Part shown: positions 17,773 through 27,170 of the stretch, one piece after another | Layout: every line of letters begins with the position of its first letter | How positions within the stretch are numbered: position 1 is the first letter of the stretch | Assembly (NCBI GenBank): GCA_051874735.1 | Contig: JBJEGD010000016.1 | Location: 73,250-137,249 of the forward strand | Reading direction: 5' to 3' | Origin: Candidatus Bruticola sp. | GTDB taxonomy: Bacteria; Vulcanimicrobiota; Xenobia; Xenobiales; Xenobiaceae | Length of the DNA stretch: 64,000 nucleotides | Translations under genes and position numbers: made by a program | Notes under the pieces: generated by a model | What the model saw: the letters and a program-made list of their open reading frames with translations, nothing else | Told to the model about the DNA's origin: nothing | Database searches by the model: none

Positions 17773-20700
17773 ATGTGTAAGAACTTTGCGTCTTTGTTTA
17801 ATAAGCACTTACCAACTGAAAAAATAAAAAAAAACTTGACCTTAGCCGTGCTCCTAGTCTTATTAGCAAGTGTGTTGAGTGCCTGCAGCGCAGGTGGTGG
17901 TCTGATCGATAATTATCTTGCTCCTAGCCTGATTCTGCCTCAGGGCAAAGCGCACAAACTAGAAGTTATTCACGGCGCGCCTTCAGGCGAGCTCAGCTTG
18001 CCTGAGCAGCTGGCCGTTTTTACTATCGTATTCAATCAGCCGATGGTTAATTTGGGTACGCGACAAGTGGAAATCGAAGGATTAAAGGTTGAACCAGAGC
18101 TGCGCGGTGAATGGGCTTGGAGAGGAACGGCCTGCCTTACTTTTACGCCTAGTGAGCCTTTAAAAATTTCTCATAAATATAAGGTAACTATTCCTGCCGG
18201 TTTGACTGCTTTAACTGGCCAAAAACTAGCTAAGCCTTACACTTTGAATTTTATAACGCCTCGTCCGGCCGTAATTTATTCTTCTCATTGCAATGGCGGC
18301 ATTAATGTTTCTGTCAAAAAGCCGATTCAGCTACTTTTTAACCAGCCTATAAAAAACGAGAAGGCTTTATCTAGCTTCAAGCTTAGCTCCGATTCGGGAA
18401 CAACAGCCTGTAACGTTAAACTGGCTTCAGCAGATGAACTATTTGCCTTTGTGAAAGACCTTAAGGAACTTTGCTGTGACAACAGCTTTATGAATATAAA
18501 TGGGTTTAAGGTCGATCTTGATAAGCTTACTGCTAATCAAGTGGTGATTATTACTCCTAATGAAAATCTCAAGTTAGGAACTAAGTACACCATTTTAGTT
18601 CCTGAAAACTTTAAAGCAGATGAATCAGCTCAGTTAGGTTCAGCAGCTGATTACAAAATATCTTTCACAACTAATAACATTTTCAGCTTAAAATCTGTAA
18701 CTAGTTCGGGGAATAATCGTCCTGAGGAGGCTATTCACTTCTCTTTCACCAGCCCGGTGCACGTTTCCGATTTAGCTAAAAATCTTTCCTTTGAACCGAA
18801 TTTATCTATTCCAAAATGTTATCTTGAGGATAATTATGTCAGTGATAATGTAAGTTTAGAATTACCGTTTGCTGCTCGAACCACTTATAAGGTAAAAATA
18901 AATCCTAATCTCAAAGATGATTTTGGTAGTCCTATTTCTAGCAGCGAGGAGATTACTTACACTACAACTGATTTTGCTCCCTATTTACTTTTGAGCAGTG
19001 GGCAGGTAGTGGCCGACGCCAAAGCTCAAAACGGCACTATAGCTTTTTCTAGCATAAACCTCGATTCTGTTTTAGTCGAAGGTAAAGTTCTATCTTTAGC
19101 CGATATAGCTGAAATGATGAAGAACTACTTCTTTACTGGAGGAGAAGACGAGTTCTCATTTTCCAGCGGTTTTGATTTTTGCCGTGAAGTCAAACTCAAT
19201 AATAAGCTAAACAGTTATACAGAGAACAATCTTGACTGTAAACAGTTCCTTGATAGTCAATACGGCTTGTTATTTGTGCGCTTGACTTACCAAAATGCTG
19301 AAGGTTCTACAAGTCGCCGCAGTTTGTTCGTACAATTCACCGATCTTTGTTTGACCGCTAAGTTTTCAGCGTCTCAGAATTTAATTTGGGTAACTAGTTT
19401 GGATAGCGGCAAGCCTCTACCCAATGTCAATATCAATCTTTACGATCATAAGGCTGATTGTGTAGCCTCTGCCGTTACTGATGAAAATGGCGTAGCTAAA
19501 CTTCCTGGATGGGCATCCCACAGCAAGGCTGAAAAGCGCGATATGCAGTTTATGGTTGCTTCTTTGGGAGAAGATCGAGCCTTTATAAATTCACGCGGAT
19601 ACGATTCTTTGTCGGCTGCTAAGAGCGGTATTTTCGTTTACGACTCTTCCGCTAGTGAAGAAATTTTGTCCAGTGTTATTACTGATAAAGGTATATACAA
19701 GGCTGGTGAAAATCTGAAATTTAAAATATTGGTGCGTTCCAATAAAAATTCGCGTTTGAGCGTCCCCAAGCAGATTAAAAATGTAGAGTACACTGTTACT
19801 GATAGTAACGGTAATGCTTTTGCCTCGGGCACTTTGCCTTTGAGCAGCGTAGGCAGTGCTGATGCTTCTGTTAGCATTCCAGAAGAAACTTCTTCCGGTT
19901 ATGGTAGTATTCAGTTTAAACTTTCTAAATATGAGGCTGAGCGGCTCAATTTATATGAAGATATTGCGTGGAAGTCGTACCGCATTGAAGATTACCAGCC
20001 CGTGCAATCGGAAACTAAAGTCGTTTCCAGTCAAAAAATGCTGGTTGCCGGAGAAAAGTTGCAAGGCTATGTGGAAGGACGTTTCCTCTTCGGCGCTCCT
20101 ATGAGCAATGACAAATTCCGTTACTCTTCAACTGCAGAAAAATTGATTTATACTAACGATAAGTACCCCGAGTATACTTTTGGCAACGATTTTTACAGTC
20201 AAGATAATGAAGAAGGTAACTTGTCGTTAGCTTCTGGTAGCGGTACTTTGGACAGCAACGGTCGCTCCAAGATTGAATTATCTACTGAAGGTATAAAATA
20301 CGAATATCCTTCTAAGCTGACGGTTGACGCTTCAGTCGTTTCTTCTAGCGGTAAAGAGGTTTCTTGCTCCTATCAAGTTCCTGTTTGGCCTTTAGAAAAT
20401 ATTGTTGGTTTAAATACAGAGAATTTTTTAATTAAACAGAACAGCAGTTTTACCGGCAAATTTGTAGTAGTCAATAAAGACGGACAAGTCGTTAAGGGAG
20501 TCCCGGTTAAATTTGAATTCATTTGCCGTCAGTGGGATTCTGTCTATAAAGCTGGCACTGGTGGAGCTTACAGTTGGGTAAGCGAGCCCAAAGATACTGC
20601 AGAGGGTACTGCAGTTGTTTACAGTAAAGCTGAGGCCACAGAATTTAGTTTTGTACCTAAAAGTTCTGGCTGCTATGTAGTGCGTGCTTATATCACTGGC

Positions 20701-23526
20701 AAGAACGGCAAGCGCAGTTCCTCTGAAATGAGTTTGTGGTGCGCTGGTTCTGATTATTCTGCCTGGGAGCGCAGCAACGACGATGAAATTTTATTAAATT
20801 GTAATAAAAAGGATTACAATATAGGTGAAACGGCTAAAATTCTCGTCCAGTCTCCTTTTGAAGAAGCTAATGCTCTGATTACGGTAGAGTCTGATACTGT
20901 TTTGGACAGCTGGGTCAGCAATTTAAAAGGCTCATCTCCAGTTATTGACGTTCCCATCAAAGATTTTTACGCACCCAATGTATATGTGTCAGTTTTGATG
21001 GTGAAAGGAAGAGAGGGTAAAGTCAGTCTCAGTAAAGATGGACTAGATTTAAGTAAGCCTACTTATAAGTTCGGTTATGCAGAACTAAAGGTAAAGAATC
21101 CCAAAAACAAACTTAAAGTTGAAGTTTCTGCCGATTTGCCCAAATATAAACCTGGTCAGAATGTTTCAATAGACGTCAAAATGACTGACAGCGAAGGTCG
21201 GCCAGCAGCTGGTGAAGTCTGCTTGTGGGTTGTTGATGAAGGCGTTCTCAACTTAATCGATTATAAAATGCCAGATTATATCGACAGTTTCTATGGACCT
21301 CGTTGGCTAACTGTGAATACCTCAGAAAATTGTGCCGATGTTATTGGATTGCGTTCTTACGGAGCCAAAGGAGATAATCAGGGAGGAGGCGGCGGCAGTT
21401 CCGATGACAGTGTGCGTGAAGATTTTACTCCCACAATTTTGTGGAAACCAGTAGTAAAAGTAGATAGCACCGGTCGAGCTTCCGTTCGTTTTAAAGCTCC
21501 TGATGGTTTGACCCGCTACCGTATTATGGCTGCCGCTTGCGATGCTGCTGAACGTTTCGGTCAAGGAGAAGCTTCCTTTGAAGTTAGCAAAAATTTGGTA
21601 TTGCTTCCATCTATAATTCCTTATGCTCGCAGCGGCGATTCTTTCCAGATCGGTATTTTAGCTCGCAATAATACTGACAAAGCTGCTTCCGTCTCTATAG
21701 AAGCAGACAGTAAGAGCTTAAGTTTAGCCAATACTTCTGTAAAGGCTTCTCTTAAGCCGGGCGATGAAAAATTGATGCTGTTTGATGCTTCTGCTTCTGT
21801 TTGTGGAAAATTTCCTATAGTCTTTAAAGGGCGCATGGGATCTGATAGCGACATTTGCAAATACACCTTAGAAGTGATTGCTGATGAAAAGAGTAGTGTA
21901 GCTGCTGTTTCCGGAAGTTTTAATACTGCTGAAGCCGAAGAATCAATAAAAATATCTGGCGGAGCTAAGAGTGGCAGTGCTATTTTGGAGACGTCTATTT
22001 CCAACAATTTAGCTGTAATGCTAAATGGGGTTGTCTCCGATCTGTGGAAAGAAGACGATACTCAAGTTGATGAAAGTATAGATAAGCTTCTTATGCGTAT
22101 GCAGTTGCTTATCGAGGCTGAAAAGTTAGGTTTGAAGCTGCCTAATTCTTTGACGTCGGCTGAGCAGCGCCGAATCGCTCTTAAAAACTATGTTGTCAAG
22201 TTGAGCAAATTTAGAGTCTACAGTGGTGGCTTCTCTTCTTGGAAGAATGGTAATGTTAGTAATACTGGCTATTCTGCGTGGGCTTTGTCAGTTCTCTCTA
22301 AATTGAATAAAGAAGGTTTGCTTAACGATAGCCAGGTTTCTATGTATAATGAAACTGTAGACTATGCCAAGCTAAAAGTCGGAGAGGATATTCTCCGCTT
22401 GAAAGATTTAAAGCATACAGATGCAAGTACCAATTTAGCTTATCTGTTCTCGGTACTTTGCCGTATAGGTCAGGGGCAGGATTCCACTCTGGTGGTTTTA
22501 TACAGAGCCAGACAAAGTTTTTCTTTGCAGGGAAGGGCTTATATTCTTGCTGCTGCATCTGAGTTGCAAAATAAAGATATAATCAGTTCTCTTCGTCAGG
22601 AAATGAGCAATTTGCTCAAAGTTGAGGAACGCCAAGCCTGGTTTGAAGAGAATAGGGAGGCCAATTTAGCCTGTATATCTGTACGCGCTTCCGATAATGC
22701 TGCCGTGCTGACTGCTATGCTGCAAAGTGGCGGTTTTGAACTGGCCCCTAAAGTTTTCTCTTGGCTGTCGGCTAACAGAGTGATGGGCCATTGGGAAACG
22801 AGTCGCGCTGACTCTACGGTAACTGAAGCTTTTGCTGTTTATTCCAACGTCGCCAAGGTTTCTCATGACGATGTAAAAGTCAAGGTTCGTTCTGGTGGCA
22901 AGCAGCTCTTAGAAGGAACTCTCAAATTCCCCGATTCTAGCTGTTTGTTCGCTTCTAATTCTGTAGCTTTAGTGGGTCAGAAAATGGCTGTCAATATGAG
23001 CCAGTCTGGTTCAAGCAGAATTTACTATGATATGCTTTTGCGTTACGTACCGGTTAAGCCGCTGCCGGCTTTAGACAACGGCTTCTATTTATTCCAAAGC
23101 TGTAGTCCTTTAAATGATCCTGAGCGACCCATTCCTTTCTCCGATTTAAAATTCGGTCAGGTCTACAGAATGAGCGTCAGTGTCATTTCTTCCGTAAACC
23201 GTGATCAGGTAGTAGTGAATGTGCCGATACCAGCTGGTTTAGAAGTGGTTAATACTGATTTTGATACGGAAAGCAACATTTATGCCGATCTTCTCAATCG
23301 GATTAACGCTAATAAGTGCTACGGAACTTTCACTAATGCTGAATTCTACTCTGATCATGTCAAGATATGGGCTCAAGGGCTGCAGGCTGGAGAGCACACT
23401 TACAGTTTCTTAGTTAGAGCTGCTGCCTGTGGTAGTTATCGCGTGCCAGGGGCTGAAGTTTATCAGAAAGAGCGTCCTGAAGTTTTCGGAAGTACTGCGG
23501 AAACGAGGATAAAGATTGGCTTCTGA
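17773..23526 (+). CDS. Lipoprotein alpha-2-macroglobulin family protein lacking the thioester motif
   Basis: Lipobox LSAC, Ig-like domains, TDKGIYKAGE, YAPNVYVSV, VVDEGVL, Gly-rich bait then VREDF, PDGLTRYRIMA, C-terminal PAGLE...PEVFG; adjacent to pbpC; no CxEQ. Confidence 0.92.
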   Translation: MCKNFASLFNKHLPTEKIKKNLTLAVLLVLLASVLSACSAGGGLIDNYLAPSLILPQGKAHKLEVIHGAPSGELSLPEQLAVFTIVFNQPMVNLGTRQVEIEGLKVEPELRGEWAWRGTACLTFTPSEPLKISHKYKVTIPAGLTALTGQKLAKPYTLNFITPRPAVIYSSHCNGGINVSVKKPIQLLFNQPIKNEKALSSFKLSSDSGTTACNVKLASADELFAFVKDLKELCCDNSFMNINGFKVDLDKLTANQVVIITPNENLKLGTKYTILVPENFKADESAQLGSAADYKISFTTNNIFSLKSVTSSGNNRPEEAIHFSFTSPVHVSDLAKNLSFEPNLSIPKCYLEDNYVSDNVSLELPFAARTTYKVKINPNLKDDFGSPISSSEEITYTTTDFAPYLLLSSGQVVADAKAQNGTIAFSSINLDSVLVEGKVLSLADIAEMMKNYFFTGGEDEFSFSSGFDFCREVKLNNKLNSYTENNLDCKQFLDSQYGLLFVRLTYQNAEGSTSRRSLFVQFTDLCLTAKFSASQNLIWVTSLDSGKPLPNVNINLYDHKADCVASAVTDENGVAKLPGWASHSKAEKRDMQFMVASLGEDRAFINSRGYDSLSAAKSGIFVYDSSASEEILSSVITDKGIYKAGENLKFKILVRSNKNSRLSVPKQIKNVEYTVTDSNGNAFASGTLPLSSVGSADASVSIPEETSSGYGSIQFKLSKYEAERLNLYEDIAWKSYRIEDYQPVQSETKVVSSQKMLVAGEKLQGYVEGRFLFGAPMSNDKFRYSSTAEKLIYTNDKYPEYTFGNDFYSQDNEEGNLSLASGSGTLDSNGRSKIELSTEGIKYEYPSKLTVDASVVSSSGKEVSCSYQVPVWPLENIVGLNTENFLIKQNSSFTGKFVVVNKDGQVVKGVPVKFEFICRQWDSVYKAGTGGAYSWVSEPKDTAEGTAVVYSKAEATEFSFVPKSSGCYVVRAYITGKNGKRSSSEMSLWCAGSDYSAWERSNDDEILLNCNKKDYNIGETAKILVQSPFEEANALITVESDTVLDSWVSNLKGSSPVIDVPIKDFYAPNVYVSVLMVKGREGKVSLSKDGLDLSKPTYKFGYAELKVKNPKNKLKVEVSADLPKYKPGQNVSIDVKMTDSEGRPAAGEVCLWVVDEGVLNLIDYKMPDYIDSFYGPRWLTVNTSENCADVIGLRSYGAKGDNQGGGGGSSDDSVREDFTPTILWKPVVKVDSTGRASVRFKAPDGLTRYRIMAAACDAAERFGQGEASFEVSKNLVLLPSIIPYARSGDSFQIGILARNNTDKAASVSIEADSKSLSLANTSVKASLKPGDEKLMLFDASASVCGKFPIVFKGRMGSDSDICKYTLEVIADEKSSVAAVSGSFNTAEAEESIKISGGAKSGSAILETSISNNLAVMLNGVVSDLWKEDDTQVDESIDKLLMRMQLLIEAEKLGLKLPNSLTSAEQRRIALKNYVVKLSKFRVYSGGFSSWKNGNVSNTGYSAWALSVLSKLNKEGLLNDSQVSMYNETVDYAKLKVGEDILRLKDLKHTDASTNLAYLFSVLCRIGQGQDSTLVVLYRARQSFSLQGRAYILAAASELQNKDIISSLRQEMSNLLKVEERQAWFEENREANLACISVRASDNAAVLTAMLQSGGFELAPKVFSWLSANRVMGHWETSRADSTVTEAFAVYSNVAKVSHDDVKVKVRSGGKQLLEGTLKFPDSSCLFASNSVALVGQKMAVNMSQSGSSRIYYDMLLRYVPVKPLPALDNGFYLFQSCSPLNDPERPIPFSDLKFGQVYRMSVSVISSVNRDQVVVNVPIPAGLEVVNTDFDTESNIYADLLNRINANKCYGTFTNAEFYSDHVKIWAQGLQAGEHTYSFLVRAAACGSYRVPGAEVYQKERPEVFGSTAETRIKIGF

Positions 23527-23531
23527 GCAAA

Positions 23532-26081
23532 ATGAACAAAGTCAGTTCTAGCCAGATAGATGTGGGGAATAAGTTCAAACTGCTGATGCGGATCGGTCTG
23601 TTTCTTGCGTTGATCAGTATCGGGCTGGGGGCGATTTGGTGGATAGCTGATCCCTGGCCTAAAGACTGTTCTTTGGCTGCTGGTAAAAACTCAACTCTTA
23701 TCTACGATCGCAGCGGCCGCCTCCTTCGTGAAGTCTATTTATCCGGAGGAGGCAGCGGCCGCTGGGTCGCTTTGGAAAAAGTGCCTCAGTGGGTGCAGGA
23801 GGCTGTGCTTACAGCTGAGGATCGACGTTTTTATCATCATTGTGGAGTTGATCCTCTGGCTGTTGGGCGCAGTGCTTTTATAAATTTAAAAGCTGGCAGG
23901 GTAGTTATGGGAGGCTCCACTATAAGTGAACAGCTTACCCGGATGCTAATGCCGTCGCGTCCCCGCAATTTAAAAACAAAATTTATTGAGCTGTCATATT
24001 CTCTGCGCCTTTCGTTTCATTTCAGTAAGAAGCAAATATTGGAAGCTTATTTAAACAGAGCTTATTTCGGCGGCCAAGTTTATGGAATTGAAGCTGCCGC
24101 TCAACGTTATTTCGGCCGCTCTGTGCAAACTTTATCCCCGGCTCAGGGGGCCTTTTTAGCGGTCTTGCTGCGTGCTCCCAAAGAGCTGTCTGCCGATAGT
24201 GGTTTTGAAACTGCTATAAAGCTGCAGCGTCGTCTGCTTCAAGATATGAAGGAGTGCGGTGCACTAAGTGAGGTCGATCTTCGGTCCGCTTTAGCTGAAA
24301 AAATAGAATTATCTCCCTTTAGTGAGCGTTTTGCTGCTCCTCATTTTTGTGATTATATAGTAGCTCAGCTGCCTGAAGGGGAGCTGCGCCTGCTGACTCG
24401 TTTAGATACTTCTCTAGATTTAGAACTGCAGCAGTATGCTGAACGGGTTCTTAACTATCATTTGGGCTGTTTAACTGCTAGTAATGTTAGCAATGGCAGC
24501 GTGATCGTTCTAGATGTTCCTAGCGGTGAAATTTTAGCTATGGTTGGCTCCAGGAATTATTTTGAGAGCTCTGCAGGACAAAATAACGGATGTTTAACTA
24601 GGCGTCAGCCAGGATCTTCTTTAAAACCCTTTACTTATGCTGCTTCCTTGCAAAACGGTTTTACTGCGGCTTCTATTTTACCTGATGTGCCATATCTAGA
24701 TTCATTACTCAAAGACTCATTTGTGCCGGAAAATTACGATCGCCTTTTTCACGGTCCGGTGCGTCTGCGGAGGGCTTTAGCCTGCTCTTACAATATACCG
24801 GCTGTTTATGTGTTGCAGAAAATTGGTATCAATTCTCTGCTAGATTTATTGCATAAGGTTGGACTGACGGAACTAAATAAGGGTGCATCTTATTACGGCT
24901 TAGGTCTAACGTTGGGCGGCGGTGAAGTTAGTCTTCTCAATCTTACTAATGCGTACCGCACATTAGCTAGAGGAGGCCTTTATTCACCAACAACTTTTTA
25001 TAAGACAAACTGTCAACTTGATGGCCGCACAATTGAGCCAAAGGATTGTGCTGTTAGAAATTCTTCTGAGCAGCGGGTGATTTCAGCTGATGTGTGCGCA
25101 GTTATTACTGATATATTAGCCGATAATTCTGCTAGAGCTGAAGCTTTTGGTAGTCGGGGACCTTTGAATATGCCTTTTTATTGTGCTGTTAAGACGGGCA
25201 CTTCTAAAGGATATCGCGATAATTGGTGTGTTGGTTATAACGGACGATTTGTAGTGGGAGTTTGGACGGGCAATTTTAATTCATCTCCTATGCTTGGTGT
25301 TTCGGGAGCAACCGGAGCAGCGCCGATTTTTCGCGATATTATGAAATATGTAAATTATCGCGGTCACAAAGATTCTAAGGCAGCTATAAGTTTAAGGACG
25401 GGGCGTTCAGTTGATTCTGTTAATTCTGTTAAAGATAACTGGAGCCATTACCAAGAGCTGCAAAAGCTTAGCAAGGAGTCAGTTTGTGCTGACTCTGGAG
25501 AAGTACCTGGATCGTACTGTTTTCGGAAAATAGAAGAATATTTTCTGCATGGCAGTGTTCCTAAAGAGAAGTGTAAAGTGCATAAACTTTATTGCTTCGA
25601 TAAGAAGACGGATAAGCCCATTTGTCCGCTTAATTGTAACTCTTCTGATTACTATACTAAAGTTATAGCCGTTTATCCGTATATGTACCGAGCTTGGATG
25701 AGAGAGAATGGCTTGGAAGTTCCCCCTGAATGGGCTGAGTACAGAGATAAGAGCGCTAAGCATACGCCTGTCCAAAGGAGATCTGCTCAGCGCGGCGATT
25801 CTCAGGAGTTGCCTAGATATACTATTATTTACCCTGAAGATGGAGCTGTTTTCCACATAGATCCTTTTTTGCGCCGCAATTATCAAAAAATTAATTTTAA
25901 AGCTTTGGGGGATAGCGGTAATGAAGAGTTAGTTTGGAAAATTGATGGTCGCTTTTGGAAGAGCAGCTTGCCTCCTCATGTTGTCGGTTGGCCTTTGCAA
26001 AAGGGTATTCACAAAGTCAGTTTGCACAAAAATAAGCAGGGCCAAGCTTGTCATACTATAACTATTGCGGTAGAAGAATAA
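23532..26081 (+). CDS. pbpC: Penicillin-binding protein 1C
   Basis: Transglycosylase EDRRFY.H.GVD and GGSTI; transpeptidase SSLK, SYN and KTGT; PBP1C-type C-terminal domain. Confidence 0.93.
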   Translation: MNKVSSSQIDVGNKFKLLMRIGLFLALISIGLGAIWWIADPWPKDCSLAAGKNSTLIYDRSGRLLREVYLSGGGSGRWVALEKVPQWVQEAVLTAEDRRFYHHCGVDPLAVGRSAFINLKAGRVVMGGSTISEQLTRMLMPSRPRNLKTKFIELSYSLRLSFHFSKKQILEAYLNRAYFGGQVYGIEAAAQRYFGRSVQTLSPAQGAFLAVLLRAPKELSADSGFETAIKLQRRLLQDMKECGALSEVDLRSALAEKIELSPFSERFAAPHFCDYIVAQLPEGELRLLTRLDTSLDLELQQYAERVLNYHLGCLTASNVSNGSVIVLDVPSGEILAMVGSRNYFESSAGQNNGCLTRRQPGSSLKPFTYAASLQNGFTAASILPDVPYLDSLLKDSFVPENYDRLFHGPVRLRRALACSYNIPAVYVLQKIGINSLLDLLHKVGLTELNKGASYYGLGLTLGGGEVSLLNLTNAYRTLARGGLYSPTTFYKTNCQLDGRTIEPKDCAVRNSSEQRVISADVCAVITDILADNSARAEAFGSRGPLNMPFYCAVKTGTSKGYRDNWCVGYNGRFVVGVWTGNFNSSPMLGVSGATGAAPIFRDIMKYVNYRGHKDSKAAISLRTGRSVDSVNSVKDNWSHYQELQKLSKESVCADSGEVPGSYCFRKIEEYFLHGSVPKEKCKVHKLYCFDKKTDKPICPLNCNSSDYYTKVIAVYPYMYRAWMRENGLEVPPEWAEYRDKSAKHTPVQRRSAQRGDSQELPRYTIIYPEDGAVFHIDPFLRRNYQKINFKALGDSGNEELVWKIDGRFWKSSLPPHVVGWPLQKGIHKVSLHKNKQGQACHTITIAVEE

Positions 26082-26115
26082 AAAAAGGCAGTTATATATT
26101 TCTGCCTTTTTTTTT
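26080..26115. terminator. Bidirectional intrinsic terminator
   Basis: AAAAAAAGGCAG...CTGCCTTTTTTTTT between convergent genes. Confidence 0.8.
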
Positions 26116-26124
26116 CAGTTAAAG

Positions 26125-26925
26125 TTAGTCTATTTTATACCATTTTTGCAGAGTATGAGTCCAGCGTACCAGTTTTGTGCCGTTAAGTTCCGGCTCCATT
26201 TCCGCTTCGCCACGGCGGAAGCGCGGGGATCTGTCAGGTCCGCTGAACGGATGTTTTACCTCTCTAATAATAGCATTGAGGACATTCGGTTTAGAGGTTA
26301 AACGCAAATCTCTGACCCAGCGTCCGTCGCTGTAGCCACTTTCATAAGAGTGTAGCGGCTTGTCTGACCAAATATAATGATCTGGGGTCATGGGATCTTC
26401 AATAAGGCGGCAGTCTTTGCGCAAACAGATAAATTCTGTGCCGTTCCAGCGCAATACTCTAAAACTGCTGATCTGTACTCCAATAGGAGTTTCTCCTAAC
26501 ACGACAATGATTTTGCCATCTTTATCAGGATCGATTACGCACTTTATTTCATAATTTAAGTTGCCTATTTTACCGAAGATCAAAGCATTTTCCATAATTA
26601 TTTGGGGATCTAGACGACGAAAAGCTTGGCCAGAAGCGTATTTAGCTCTAGGGCCAGCCCAAATTACTTCATCGTTTTCATCAAAAAAAATTAGCTGTCC
26701 TAAATAACCGTTTTGAGAATGGTTGTAAGCAACTAAAGCTATGCTCTCCGGTTTTTTGTCATTGTTGATATCAAAGAAGAATTTTTGATAAGGATGAATC
26801 TTCTCATCTGGCGCTCCCATCAGTGGATTTACATAAGGAGCTGCTTCTGAATTTAAGCTCAAACATAACCAAAGACTTACGGCCAGAACAGCGCCTACTA
26901 AAAAGTGGCTTTTTTGTATTTTCAA
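26125..26925 (-). CDS. Secreted hypothetical protein
   Basis: TTG 26925 with GGAGG 8 nt upstream; signal peptide ending SEA-AP; DINNDKKPE and DPDKDG loop motifs. Confidence 0.75.
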   Translation of the reverse strand: MKIQKSHFLVGAVLAVSLWLCLSLNSEAAPYVNPLMGAPDEKIHPYQKFFFDINNDKKPESIALVAYNHSQNGYLGQLIFFDENDEVIWAGPRAKYASGQAFRRLDPQIIMENALIFGKIGNLNYEIKCVIDPDKDGKIIVVLGETPIGVQISSFRVLRWNGTEFICLRKDCRLIEDPMTPDHYIWSDKPLHSYESGYSDGRWVRDLRLTSKPNVLNAIIREVKHPFSGPDRSPRFRRGEAEMEPELNGTKLVRWTHTLQKWYKID

Positions 26926-27170
26926 AATTATTACCTCCGCTGGCTGGAAGCTGAGCAAGCTAATTGAAACTTTTGTCATATCATTATAGCAGTAGCTGCC
27001 AAATTTTTCTCACTTAGAATTTATTGAAATAATATTATATGGTATAAAAATGTCATATATGAAGTTTGTTTATTGGCTTTTATAGTTTTTTATGTTTTAA
27101 TTGGAGGATAAAAACTTTTAATAAAAGAAAGTTTTAGAACTGTGTTATTTTTATCAATCAAGGAGATTAT

